DNA of 64,000 nucleotides, taken from sequence record MK373774.1. One strand, given 5' to 3'. Source of the stretch: Escherichia phage vB_EcoM_WFL6982. Position numbers and translations under genes: made by a program. Below, piece by piece: positions 29,622-41,480 of the stretch (within the stretch, counting starts at the first letter, position 1; every line of letters begins with the position of its first letter). A model generated the notes under the pieces. It did no database searches, was not told the origin of the DNA, and was given only the letters and a program-made list of their open reading frames with translations.

Positions 29622-29846
29622 TCAGTGCACAGTATTTACTTTAACTCGAACAACAAATCGCTCGGTTGGTTCACCTACAGGAACAAACTCTACATGATAT
29701 TCACCTTTGTAACGAGTATTCAGATCATTACGAATTCCTGCGAGTTTGTTGATTAATGTAGGACTCATATTAAGTCCCACTAGTTTACGAAGCATTTTGT
29801 ATGCTTCATCTTCGATTTCATGATGTTTATCGTACATAGTTTTCAT
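29622..29846 (-). CDS. hypothetical protein (cd.x)
   Basis: 74-aa ORF. Confidence 0.45.
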   Translation of the reverse strand: MKTMYDKHHEIEDEAYKMLRKLVGLNMSPTLINKLAGIRNDLNTRYKGEYHVEFVPVGEPTERFVVRVKVNTVH

Positions 29847-30018
29847 TTAACCATTCAATTGCCTGGTCGACGTTATCAAATATACCGCCGTCCAAACGTT
29901 CTTCATGCTCATAGTCCAGCACATCAATACCGAACTGTCCATTTACTAAAGGCCAGGCAACAAACAAATATTCTTTATGCTGTTCGATGGCCTCAATCAC
30001 TTCATATAATCGTTTCAT
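29827..30018 (-). CDS. hypothetical protein (cd.x)
   Basis: 63-aa ORF abutting the pseT stop. Confidence 0.4.
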   Translation of the reverse strand: MKRLYEVIEAIEQHKEYLFVAWPLVNGQFGIDVLDYEHEERLDGGIFDNVDQAIEWLNENYVR

Positions 30019-31105
<1,087 letters not shown>

Positions 31106-31106
<1 letters not shown>

Positions 31107-31405
31107 TATTTGATTCCTAAGAAAGCTTCAAGAATACGAATGTTGAGTTCGCGCCGGTCTTTATTAATTTCAGCAACGTTTTTATTAATTGACGTACTTC
31201 TAACGTTTGAAGAAATAAATTTAATCATATGACTTTTGAGTTGTTGCAAATCCAACCCTTTTTCTTTAGCAGCTTTACGAAGAGCTTTACCTGCTTCATC
31301 TAGTGCCTTTGCTGCATCTTTGTCATAATCTACAAGTGTCATTCCACGGCAGATATCAATATACTCATCAGACCGTTTGATGTAATTCTCTAGTAATGTT
31401 TTCAT
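31106..31405 (-). CDS. hypothetical protein (pseT.x)
   Basis: 99-aa ORF, RBS, early promoter at 31429-31463. Confidence 0.5.
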
Positions 31406-31428
31406 TTAGATTTCCTCAATTATCCATA

Positions 31429-31463
31429 GGAGCATTATACTCTGCTCCCGAGAGTTTGTAAAC
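31429..31463 (-). promoter_or_regulatory. early promoter with inverted repeat ggagca / tgctcc
   Basis: gtaaac at 31458-31463; near-duplicate of the element at 61422-61457. Confidence 0.45.
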
Positions 31464-31687
31464 TATTTTACTAAAGATTCAATATACTCATGAAGAGCTT
31501 TAGTCGCTACTGCCCACTTATTCTGATATTCATTTTTCAGATTAGCACGAGACTGAACTAACAAGCGGTCATTAGTCGGAGGCAAAGATTCTAATCGTTG
31601 AATCTGGCGTCCATAAATCATAGCCGCCATTTCAGATTCATAGATAAGCCCTTTAATGTATTCATGCTGTTCTTTAGTCATTGGCAT
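31463..31687 (-). CDS. hypothetical protein (pseT.x)
   Basis: 74-aa ORF. Confidence 0.45.
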   Translation of the reverse strand: MPMTKEQHEYIKGLIYESEMAAMIYGRQIQRLESLPPTNDRLLVQSRANLKNEYQNKWAVATKALHEYIESLVK

Positions 31688-31968
31688 TTTTCCTCTTTTA
31701 AACCACTACGATAATAACATAACATAGTCTTCTGGTCATGTATATATCTTTTTACGTCGTTTAACCAGATACGAAATTCTTGAGAGTCTTCAAATGGCAT
31801 TCCAACCCACGGATTACCATCAATAACCTTTACTTGCCATTTCTGGTTGTATTCGGAAATAGGCGTAGGCCATGAAGGATGTAAAGTTTCTTTAGGGCTT
31901 ACTGGCACATCCTGAGTACATCCAACTAGGAGACCAATAGATAATACAGCCACAGTTAATTTAATCAT
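31678..31968 (-). CDS. predicted small lipoprotein
   Basis: N-terminus MIKLTVAVLSIGLLVGC has a signal peptide ending in a lipobox-like L-V-G-C. Confidence 0.45.
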   Translation of the reverse strand: MIKLTVAVLSIGLLVGCTQDVPVSPKETLHPSWPTPISEYNQKWQVKVIDGNPWVGMPFEDSQEFRIWLNDVKRYIHDQKTMLCYYRSGLKEEKCQ

Positions 31969-32321
31969 TCTGAGAGCTTCCTGAGGTCTTCTGCAAAGGA
32001 ATCGAAGGACCTGTTGATTTGTTTTTCGACCAATCCTGGCTTACTTGCCACCACGTTCTTCTTCTTCGAATCCTTACGGAGCTTTTCATTTTCAGCCTTA
32101 AGTTGGTCAACTAAAACACGGTTCTTATAAGTCATTTCTTCGATTGACTGATATTGAATCTTGAAGTCGTCTAATACTTTAGCATTGTTTTTAGCAGTCT
32201 CTTTAACAGAAGCCAATTCAGTATTCAGCGAATCGACTTTATGGTTCAGAAATGCTATTGTTACAGTAGCAACAACTGCAAAAGCTGCCACTACAATATA
32301 TGATGCATTTACTTTAAGCAT
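31965..32321 (-). CDS. hypothetical membrane-anchored coiled-coil protein
   Basis: Hydrophobic N-terminal helix followed by heptad-like charged region. Confidence 0.45.
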   Translation of the reverse strand: MLKVNASYIVVAAFAVVATVTIAFLNHKVDSLNTELASVKETAKNNAKVLDDFKIQYQSIEEMTYKNRVLVDQLKAENEKLRKDSKKKNVVASKPGLVEKQINRSFDSFAEDLRKLSE

Positions 32322-32809
32322 GTTTGAATAATCTCAATGATTTCGTCTCGGGATAATCCATTGATAAGAACTGTTTTAGGCCCGTCAGTTTGGATTTTGT
32401 ATGATTCAAACAATACACACAACTCTTCTGCTGTATGATATGGGCTTGAGATTCCGAGACGGTTGAATTTGTCGGTAAGAGGGTCGCAAATAATATAGAA
32501 TTTGATACCTGCGATATGTACGTTTGGTTGACTAATATTAATGAACACATTAGCGTCATATTTAGTCAAATTGTTTTGAAGAAATTCTACCATAGAATTA
32601 ACTGCTTCTGGCATCGCTTCGCGTTTCTCTTCAGCGTATCGGGTTGAATACTCTTTTTGTTTTACTTTCTTTTTAAGATTTTTGGCCAGTGTAACACGTA
32701 GGTCAGTAAGATAACCAACTGGACGTCCTTTCTTAAAGACCCGGATTCCGTCAGTTGTGTCTCCAAAAGCGTTTACGACCATATCGTTAGTAATCAATTG
32801 CATATTCAT
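32309..32809 (-). CDS. alc: Alc-like protein (inhibitor of host transcription on dC-DNA)
   Basis: Start at internal ATG 32809 after RBS GAGGAG (166 aa; T4 Alc 167); directly upstream of rnlA as in T4; early promoter at 32838-32868. Confidence 0.55.
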   Translation of the reverse strand: MNMQLITNDMVVNAFGDTTDGIRVFKKGRPVGYLTDLRVTLAKNLKKKVKQKEYSTRYAEEKREAMPEAVNSMVEFLQNNLTKYDANVFINISQPNVHIAGIKFYIICDPLTDKFNRLGISSPYHTAEELCVLFESYKIQTDGPKTVLINGLSRDEIIEIIQTCLK

Positions 32810-32837
32810 AATTTTCTCCTCGTGTTGTTGATAAACC

Positions 32838-32868
32838 CATAGTATCACCATCCTTGGTGTTTGTAAAC
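32838..32868 (-). promoter_or_regulatory. early promoter upstream of alc
   Basis: gtaaac at 32863-32868. Confidence 0.45.
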
Positions 32869-32870
32869 CG

Positions 32871-34004
<1,134 letters not shown>

Positions 34005-34017
34005 TCAGTTAGTTTTT

Positions 34018-34051
34018 TTAAATTGTACCACAATCCTTGTGGTATGTAAAC
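34018..34051 (-). promoter_or_regulatory. early promoter upstream of rnlA
   Basis: gtaaac at 34046-34051. Confidence 0.45.
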
Positions 34052-34461
34052 TACTTTTTCTTATGTTGGATATTCCAAGGCGGGTTGAACTTTTTGATAA
34101 AAAGTGGTTCTTCAAGGTCCATTGTTGCGATGGTCATTGAACCAAGTTCGTTGGTGACTGAAAGGTCAAAACATTGGCGGGCCCAGAATTCAACCTTTTT
34201 GCCTTGCATTAAGGCATCCAAAATCATAAGTGATTTTCTTGAATCTGAAGTCTGGTCTTTTCGATTTATGGCTGTTCGATAATAGTTAATGCGTTTCTTT
34301 AAATTCTTGGTTTTACCAATATACACGAGTTCGTCATCTATAGCAATAGCATATATGACATTTTTCTTATTAGGGACATCAACTGTTTTAATTGTTGCAT
34401 CTTCTAATAGCTCCAATTCTGTATATTTAATAAAGGAATATTCGGCGGCGATATCTTTCAT
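34051..34461 (-). CDS. denA: endonuclease II (GIY-YIG-like)
   Basis: 136 aa (T4 DenA 136); VYIGKT...YY motif. Confidence 0.85.
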   Translation of the reverse strand: MKDIAAEYSFIKYTELELLEDATIKTVDVPNKKNVIYAIAIDDELVYIGKTKNLKKRINYYRTAINRKDQTSDSRKSLMILDALMQGKKVEFWARQCFDLSVTNELGSMTIATMDLEEPLFIKKFNPPWNIQHKKK

Positions 34462-34487
34462 AATAAAGTGGGACCGAAGTCCCGTCC

Positions 34488-34990
34488 TTAGAAATATTTT
34501 TTGTATGAATTGATTACATTTTGGTCTACATCATTATCAATTTGTGCGACAAGATAAGAACTGATTTCAACTTCCTGAGGAGCTGCTTGAACTAAATCAG
34601 AGTTCAGATATTCACGAATCCAAGGATACGGATGCTTGGTCGGAGCATCCGTAATTGGACATGGCAAACCACACTGTTTCATACGAGACACAGTCAAGTA
34701 ATCAACAAAAGCACACATACTCTGCGTATTGATACCTGGACATGTACCATCTTTAAAGAGGTGTGCAGCCCATTCCTTCTCTTGACTATTTACTTCCATA
34801 AAAATGTCAACTGCTTCTTGTTCACATTCTTTAGCAATTTGAACCCACTCATCACCGTCAGTACCAGATTGAAGTTGACGGATAATGTACTGAGTACCCT
34901 TGAGATGGAGTTGTTCGTCACGAGCAATGAACTTCATAATCTTTGCATTGCCTTCCATAATTTCCATATTCTTGTGGAAGTTAAAGGTAC
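34488..34990 (-). CDS. nrdB: ribonucleotide reductase small subunit NrdB, exon 2 (C-terminal part)
   Basis: Encodes ...MEGNAKI..IARDEQLHL... matching the R2 C-terminal half; 5' limit is an inferred 3' splice site, uncertain by a few nt. Confidence 0.75.
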
Positions 34991-36081
34991 CGTTATGTTC
35001 GATTGAGCTCGCTAATTCTCAACCCGTTCTCTTATGAACTGCTACATATTACTATGCAGACCAGACTATATCACAATCCCAGAGGGATTCTCCCCATTTC
35101 GAGTCGCTTGACCCTACGTCCGAAGACTAGTCGTTGAACCTTGCTTTGCAATTGTCGCCGTGCCATCGTTTATATGTTGATGGTGATAAATCTTTCTTAT
35201 CACAATATGGACAATTCAATTGAATTCTATTTGGATTTAATTTACATCTGTCATTATGTTTTAGATAAAATCCAGGACCTTTACCAATGTGACCACAAAA
35301 ATCACACGTGATTTCTTTTTGTGCAGGATGGGTCCCGTTCTTAACCATTTCTAATGTTTTTGCTGATGTTCTTTTCTTATGGTCTTCTGATAAGAAATGA
35401 TGTGAACCGTCATTTACCCGTTTTGATTGAGTTTCTGACTGCATTTTACCACCGCAAAATACATGAGTACCTTCTTTTATAGCTGCAATATTGCGTTCTT
35501 TAACTTTTGCAATATGCTCAGCTTGTTGAAAATTATGTATACCTAATGCAACTCTATTTAAATTAGATTTACGCTGTATTTCACCGTCTAAAAGATGAAA
35601 TGTACCATTTTCTATCTTAGATTTAATAGAGGCAATATTTTTAGCTCGTACTTCAGGGATATTAAAAATCTGGATTTCTCTAGATTTTGCGGCTTTAGAA
35701 GCTAATTCAGAAATTTCTTCAGGAGAATATTTCATTCTAAGCTTTATAGCATGACAAGCCTGGTAATCTTTTTGAGCTAAATGTATATCATAATGTTCCT
35801 GTATAGAAAGGCACATCAAATTATCTAAATCATTATTTTCACGGTTACCGTCTTTATGATGGATTTCATATGTTCTTCCATCAGAATCTTTAGGTATAGG
35901 TCCGTTAGCATCTATCCAAATTTTTCTATAGTTCAATTGTGCATCCTCTTAAAAGTATAATCATATTTATATTATACTAATTAAAGGTGCAAGCAAAACC
36001 TTGGCTGCTAGTTTTCCTATAAAGGACTTTCCAGCAATTAAAGGAGTTTTCGATAAACGTTACCGTTTAAAGGCGCATTTT
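34991..36081 (-). mobile_element. group I self-splicing intron in nrdB carrying an intact I-TevIII ORF
   Basis: nrdB reading frame interrupted by about 1.09 kb containing an HNH endonuclease ORF; boundaries inferred from R2 protein alignment. Confidence 0.7.
35127..35936 (-). CDS. I-TevIII: intron-encoded HNH homing endonuclease I-TevIII
   Basis: 269 aa; HNH motif EIHHKDGNRENNDLDNL; two CxxC-type zinc motifs; located inside the nrdB intron. Confidence 0.85.
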   Translation of the reverse strand: MNYRKIWIDANGPIPKDSDGRTYEIHHKDGNRENNDLDNLMCLSIQEHYDIHLAQKDYQACHAIKLRMKYSPEEISELASKAAKSREIQIFNIPEVRAKNIASIKSKIENGTFHLLDGEIQRKSNLNRVALGIHNFQQAEHIAKVKERNIAAIKEGTHVFCGGKMQSETQSKRVNDGSHHFLSEDHKKRTSAKTLEMVKNGTHPAQKEITCDFCGHIGKGPGFYLKHNDRCKLNPNRIQLNCPYCDKKDLSPSTYKRWHGDNCKARFND

Positions 36082-36082
36082 A

Positions 36083-36757
36083 CGCAAAAGATACATAAAA
36101 ACGAATAGCTTCTAAGGCATTAATAACGTGCAAACAGAGGTAAAGAGATTTCATTAGCTCACGCTTCCAATATGTCTCATGCTCAATAGCATCTTCAATA
36201 ACGTCTTCGTCTGCATTAATTTCTTTTTGGTATTCGATATCGGCTTTAGCGTTTTCCCAATAACGAGTTTTAACCAGAACATCATCGTAATATTTACCTA
36301 TTGATTCAGCTCGTTTCATGATTGCTTCGTCTAATACAATCTCATCAAATACCTTAGATGGGTCTGTATAAAGATTTCGCATAATATGAGTGTACGAACG
36401 AGAGTGAATAGTTTCACTGAATGTCCATGTTGCAACCCATGTATCTAATGAAGGGTCGGAAATCAGTGCCATAAGTACCGCAGATGGGGCCCTGCCTTGG
36501 ATAGAATCTAATAATGATTGATACTTAAGATTGTTTGTAAAGATGTCCTGTTGGAACTGAGGAAGCTTATTGAACTGCGCAGAGTCCAACATCAAGTTTA
36601 CCTCTTCTGGGCGCCAGAAAAATGACAATTGCTTTTCAATAAGTTCTTCAAAAACTTTATGTCGCTGAATATCATAACGTGCGAGGCCAAGACCAGAACC
36701 AAAGAACATTGGTTCATTCAAAACATCGACTTGTTGTGTGTTAAAAACTGTACTCAT
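36083..36757 (-). CDS. nrdB: ribonucleotide reductase small subunit NrdB, exon 1
   Basis: Encodes the N-terminal R2 portion ending ...RFYVSFA; the downstream in-frame stop lies in the intron. Confidence 0.8.
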
Positions 36758-36812
36758 TATATTTTCTCACTTAGTTATTAACTCATCCATGAGTAAATTA
36801 TAATCAAAAGTC

Positions 36813-39077
36813 TTAAAGCTTACAAGCAGAACAATCTTCAGCTTTAGGTGTTTCTAATTCATAGTCATCTGTACCTGACCCATCACGAGTGTTATGATAG
36901 TAGAGGTTTTTTCCGCCAAAGTACCAGAAGTAAAGCAGATCGTCAAGCATTACCGACATTGGCACTTTACCTTTCTCAAATACTGCAGGGTCATAGTAAG
37001 TATTAGCAGAAGCAGATTGGCACACCCATTTCAACATGATAGCAACTTGGGTCAAATAAGGTTTATTACCTTTCTTAGCAAGTTTCCACGCGTAGTCGTA
37101 AAGACTCATGTTATGTTCTATATTAGGAACAACCTGTCGGAAGTTGCCTTCTTTAGATTCTTTAATACTTACTGGACCGCGTGGGGGCTCAATCCCGTTT
37201 GTAGAGTTCGATACTTGACTGCTTGACTCACAAGGCATGAGTGCAGACAACGTTGAGTTACGAATTCCATGTTCTTTGAGTTCAGCTCGAAGTTCTTCCC
37301 AATCACATACGTAGTTCGGGGCTGCGATTTGGTCAATCTTTTTATTGTACCAGTCGATAGGTAATTCGCCTCTAGACCATTTAGTGTCTGAATAATACTC
37401 GCAACATCCTTTTTCTTTGGCGAGTTTGATTGAAGCTTTGATAAGGCCATATTGCAATCTCTCAAACAATTCATGAGTCAAATCGTTAGCGTCTTCATAT
37501 GAAGCGAAGTTAGAAGCTAACCATGCAGCATAGTTCGTAACACCAACACCAAGATTACGACGCTTTTTGGCTTTTAAAGCTTCTGGAACCGGATAATCTT
37601 GATAGTCTAACAGGTTATCAAGTGCACGTACTTGTACTTCAGCAAGTTCATTAATTTTATCTTGGTCTTGCCAATCAAATTTATCTAACACGAATGCAGA
37701 TAACGTGCATAAACCAATTTCAGCATCAGGACCATTCACATCATTAGTTGGAATAGCGATTTCACAACATAAGTTACTCTGACGAATTGGAGCTTTTTCA
37801 CGAATAAACGGAGTGTAGTTATTCGTGTTATCAACAAACTGTGGATAAATTCGAGCAGTACCAGAGCGTTCAGTCATGAACAATTCAAAGAGTTCTAGTG
37901 CTTTGATTCTTTTCTTTCTGATTGTTGGGTCTTTTTCAGCTTTCTCATAAAGCTCACGGAATTTATCTTGATCTTCAAAGAACGAGTAGTATAGTTCGCC
38001 TGACATTTCGTGAGGGCTAAATAAAGTAATATAATCATTTTTACCAAGGCGTTCCATCATAAGGTCATTAATCTGAATTCCGTAGTCCATATGTCGAATA
38101 CGGTTTTCATCCACGCCTTTGTTATTTTTCAGAACTAATAGGTTCTCTACTTCTAAGTGCCACATCGGATAATACGCTGTAGCAGCACCACCACGAATAC
38201 CACCTTGAGAACAAGATTTTACTGCAGTTTGGAAATGTTTCCAGAATGGAATAACACCCGTATGTCGAACTTCACCCATACCGATCTTAGAACCTTCTGC
38301 ACGAAGCATACCAACGTTGATACCAATACCAGCTCGTTTAGAAATATATTCAATAATTGATGCTGAAGTTTTGTTAATAGATTTTAACGAATCACCGGCT
38401 TCAATAACTACACAACTAGAGAACTGGCGAGTTGGAGTACGAGCACCTGCCATAATTGGGGTTGGCAATGAAACTTGATGAGTAGAAACGGCATTATAAA
38501 AACGAATAATATGTTTCAAACGGTCATGAGTTTCGTCTTGGTGTAAGGCCATGCCAATAGCCATGATAGCAAACTGGGGAGTTTCATAAATCTTCCCAGT
38601 TGTTTTATCTTTAACTAGATATTTTTCTTTAAGCTGCATAGCACCAGCATAAGTCAGGTCAAAGTCTCGTTCATGTTTAATCTGTGAATCGAGATAAATG
38701 ATTTCTTCTGCTGAATATTGAGACAACAGCTCAGGGTCATATTTGCCTTCATTAACACAATAAGAAATATGGTCGATAAAAGCAGGCGGTTCAAACTGCC
38801 CATATACATCTTTACGAAGTGCAAACATTAGCCCTTTGGCGGCGACATACTGATAATCAGGTTCTTCGACAGAAATCGAGTTAGCTGCAACTTTAATACA
38901 AATCTTCTGGATATCTTTGGTGCTCATCCCGTCGACAAGATGGGTCTTAATTTCTTCATACAATTCATATGGGTCAATTTGTGTTCCTTCACATTGCCAA
39001 GTTAAGACTTGAATAATTTTCTGTGCATCAAAATTTTGGGATACACCTGAATTTTTCACTACTTTAAAATTATACAT
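36813..39077 (-). CDS. nrdA: ribonucleotide reductase large subunit NrdA
   Basis: 754 aa (T4 NrdA 754); class I R1 features including active-site NLCCEI and C-terminal Cys pair. Confidence 0.92.
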   Translation of the reverse strand: MYNFKVVKNSGVSQNFDAQKIIQVLTWQCEGTQIDPYELYEEIKTHLVDGMSTKDIQKICIKVAANSISVEEPDYQYVAAKGLMFALRKDVYGQFEPPAFIDHISYCVNEGKYDPELLSQYSAEEIIYLDSQIKHERDFDLTYAGAMQLKEKYLVKDKTTGKIYETPQFAIMAIGMALHQDETHDRLKHIIRFYNAVSTHQVSLPTPIMAGARTPTRQFSSCVVIEAGDSLKSINKTSASIIEYISKRAGIGINVGMLRAEGSKIGMGEVRHTGVIPFWKHFQTAVKSCSQGGIRGGAATAYYPMWHLEVENLLVLKNNKGVDENRIRHMDYGIQINDLMMERLGKNDYITLFSPHEMSGELYYSFFEDQDKFRELYEKAEKDPTIRKKRIKALELFELFMTERSGTARIYPQFVDNTNNYTPFIREKAPIRQSNLCCEIAIPTNDVNGPDAEIGLCTLSAFVLDKFDWQDQDKINELAEVQVRALDNLLDYQDYPVPEALKAKKRRNLGVGVTNYAAWLASNFASYEDANDLTHELFERLQYGLIKASIKLAKEKGCCEYYSDTKWSRGELPIDWYNKKIDQIAAPNYVCDWEELRAELKEHGIRNSTLSALMPCESSSQVSNSTNGIEPPRGPVSIKESKEGNFRQVVPNIEHNMSLYDYAWKLAKKGNKPYLTQVAIMLKWVCQSASANTYYDPAVFEKGKVPMSVMLDDLLYFWYFGGKNLYYHNTRDGSGTDDYELETPKAEDCSACKL

Positions 39078-39717
39078 AATAATTCCATGTTGGATAATTT
39101 GATGATTTTAGCCGGCGTCTAACCGTTTGGGTGCTCATAGATAAAACTATTGACGCTTCATTTAATGTATCATATATTACGTCGTTTATAATTACTTTCT
39201 TTGCAAATGGATTCTTGGCTCCTATCATAGCATTAGAAATAGCTTGCTTAGTTGATTCTTTTAATGGGACTCCTTTAGAAATTTTTGTTTTAATTTTTAT
39301 ATTGTATTGTCCGCGTTTTTTACCTAATAAAGAATTTCGTATCTTTTCTTTAGTCTCTTCAGATTTAACATGTCCTAGTTTGGAACGAGATATTTTATCT
39401 TTTGTTTTTTGGTCTAATTTTCGCCCTTTAAGCAAATCAACCATTTTTGCTCTAGCCCATCCAAATTCTTTATTATTTCTAGAACTCATTAAATTAACCG
39501 CGGTTGCTAAACCTAAATTGTTCGGATATATTTTTAATAAAAGAAGATGAGCCAAATAATGTTCTGAATATGTTAATTTAACTAGATTGTATGACTCATT
39601 GGTGCCACCTAAACATTTTGGGATTATATGATGCCATTCACCATCTATATCTTCAAAATTTCTTTCTTTATTTACCAAGTTTTTATATATTTTTAAATAA
39701 TCCATAGTATAATCCAC
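39070..39717 (-). CDS. free-standing HNH homing endonuclease with NUMOD-like repeats (MobE-like)
   Basis: 215 aa; HNH core EWHHIIPKCLGGTNESYNLVKLTYSEHYLAH; repeated KxKxKIS/LG motifs; stop overlaps nrdA start by 8 nt. Confidence 0.7.
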   Translation of the reverse strand: MDYTMDYLKIYKNLVNKERNFEDIDGEWHHIIPKCLGGTNESYNLVKLTYSEHYLAHLLLLKIYPNNLGLATAVNLMSSRNNKEFGWARAKMVDLLKGRKLDQKTKDKISRSKLGHVKSEETKEKIRNSLLGKKRGQYNIKIKTKISKGVPLKESTKQAISNAMIGAKNPFAKKVIINDVIYDTLNEASIVLSMSTQTVRRRLKSSNYPTWNYYV

Positions 39718-39780
39718 TTTGTAGTATCAACGGGATAGTATTTATCCCGTTAATTTATTATACACTTTTAAACTGAAGCG

Positions 39781-40035
39781 TTAATTATCCACAGCAATAA
39801 TTTCTTCATATTCTTTAGGTGTCAAGACTGTGATATTGAAATAAACCAACGGTTCTTTTTCTATACCGAATCCACCACAAAATTCACGATATTCATAAAT
39901 TCGTTCATGTGAATAGCAAATGAATCGTTCACCTTTAACTGTGATTTCACTATTCGGTGAAGGGATATCTAGTTCGGTAGGATTTTTCATTTCAAAAATT
40001 GTGGTGCCATATGAATTAATAAAACGTAAAATCAT
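39781..40035 (-). CDS. hypothetical protein (nrdA.x position)
   Basis: 84-aa ORF directly downstream of td. Confidence 0.45.
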   Translation of the reverse strand: MILRFINSYGTTIFEMKNPTELDIPSPNSEITVKGERFICYSHERIYEYREFCGGFGIEKEPLVYFNITVLTPKEYEEIIAVDN

Positions 40036-40896
40036 TTATACCGCCATTTTAGCTTTGATAGTTGGATGAGATTCATAATTTTTAAGAACGAAATCAGAAT
40101 GTGTCATAGTTCCAGTAACCCAGTCCATTTGGATTTTTGTAGGCCAATTCTCAAAATTACTAGGCCAATTAATTTCAAGAGAACATAACTCTTTAGGTTC
40201 ACGACGAAGAACTTCTTTGCATTGTTCTATATGATTGCTGTAGATATGCGTGTTGCCGCCTGAGAACACTAAATCACCTGGGATAAGATTACACATCTTA
40301 GCCACAATATGCGTCAAGGCAGCGTACGAGGCAATGTTGAATGGCAATCCCAAGAAAACATCTACACTGCGTTGATACCATTGTAAATCAAGATGCCCAT
40401 TACGCACATTAAATTGATAGAACATATGACAAGGAGGAAGAGCCATTTGGTCAATTTCGGCCGGGTTCCATGCAGAAACTATTTGACGACGATCATTAGG
40501 AAGAGCTTTAATACGGTCGATAGTTTTGTCCAATTGGTCTACACCACCAAAATCACGCCATTGCTTACCATAAATAGGACCAAGTTCGCCGCTATGATAC
40601 CCAAGGTCTTTTGCCTGATTTTCATAGTTGTCGTCCCAAATAGTTTTACCTTGAATAAGACTACCATGAGTACGAATACGCAAATCATTAACATTGGTAG
40701 AACCAGACATGAACCACAGTAACTCGGCAATACAAGCTTTCCACGCTAATTTCTTAGTTGTTACCGCAGGGAATCCTTTAGTCAGATCCCAACGTAATTT
40801 AGTTCCGAACAGGGCAATTGTTCCTGTGCCTGTACGGTCGTCTGTTTCGTAGCCATTTTCTAGGATATCATTAATCAGGTATTGGTATTGTTTCAT
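40036..40896 (-). CDS. td: thymidylate synthase (uninterrupted, no intron)
   Basis: 286 aa continuous ORF equal to spliced T4 Td length; conserved ThyA motifs. Confidence 0.92.
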   Translation of the reverse strand: MKQYQYLINDILENGYETDDRTGTGTIALFGTKLRWDLTKGFPAVTTKKLAWKACIAELLWFMSGSTNVNDLRIRTHGSLIQGKTIWDDNYENQAKDLGYHSGELGPIYGKQWRDFGGVDQLDKTIDRIKALPNDRRQIVSAWNPAEIDQMALPPCHMFYQFNVRNGHLDLQWYQRSVDVFLGLPFNIASYAALTHIVAKMCNLIPGDLVFSGGNTHIYSNHIEQCKEVLRREPKELCSLEINWPSNFENWPTKIQMDWVTGTMTHSDFVLKNYESHPTIKAKMAV

Positions 40897-41480
40897 TTAT
40901 ATACGCTCTCAGTAATTTCGGTGAGTTCATCGATTCTGTAGTAATGAGATTCTACCATAGAACGTTGAAGCATAATATCTTGGACGAAATCTTTATCAAG
41001 TTGAACATCGGAATTAACACGACATTTCTTAATGATTTTAGTCATCACGATTTCATCGGCATAAGGCAGTGCTTGTTTTAATAGAGCAGGACCGCCGATA
41101 ACAGATACATTAACATGTTCAGTAGAAAGTTTAAACGGTACATCAGTTGCAGGGCTAAACAGGTTAATTTCACCACCTGTTACCAAGGTAATAAATTCAG
41201 ATTGGGTGATATAGAACCGTGCAAGTTCATCAGTTTTAGTCCTAGGCAGTTTTCTGGCCATATCAGTGACAACCACATGAGTACGATCTGGGAGTAGACG
41301 AGGTAATGATGCAAAAGTCTTAGCACCCATAACCATTACAGTGTTTTTAGTGCGAGCAACAAAGTTACTCATATCTTGTTTGATATGCTTCCATGGAAGT
41401 CCATCACCTAATCCAAAAGCATATTCCAGTTTATCATCAACTGTTTTAGATGGTGCGCATGCGAATACTAATTTAAGCAT
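40893..41480 (-). CDS. frd: dihydrofolate reductase
   Basis: 195 aa; high recalled identity to T4 Frd (AFGLGDGLPW, MGAKTF, VIGGPALL). Confidence 0.92.
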   Translation of the reverse strand: MLKLVFACAPSKTVDDKLEYAFGLGDGLPWKHIKQDMSNFVARTKNTVMVMGAKTFASLPRLLPDRTHVVVTDMARKLPRTKTDELARFYITQSEFITLVTGGEINLFSPATDVPFKLSTEHVNVSVIGGPALLKQALPYADEIVMTKIIKKCRVNSDVQLDKDFVQDIMLQRSMVESHYYRIDELTEITESVYK

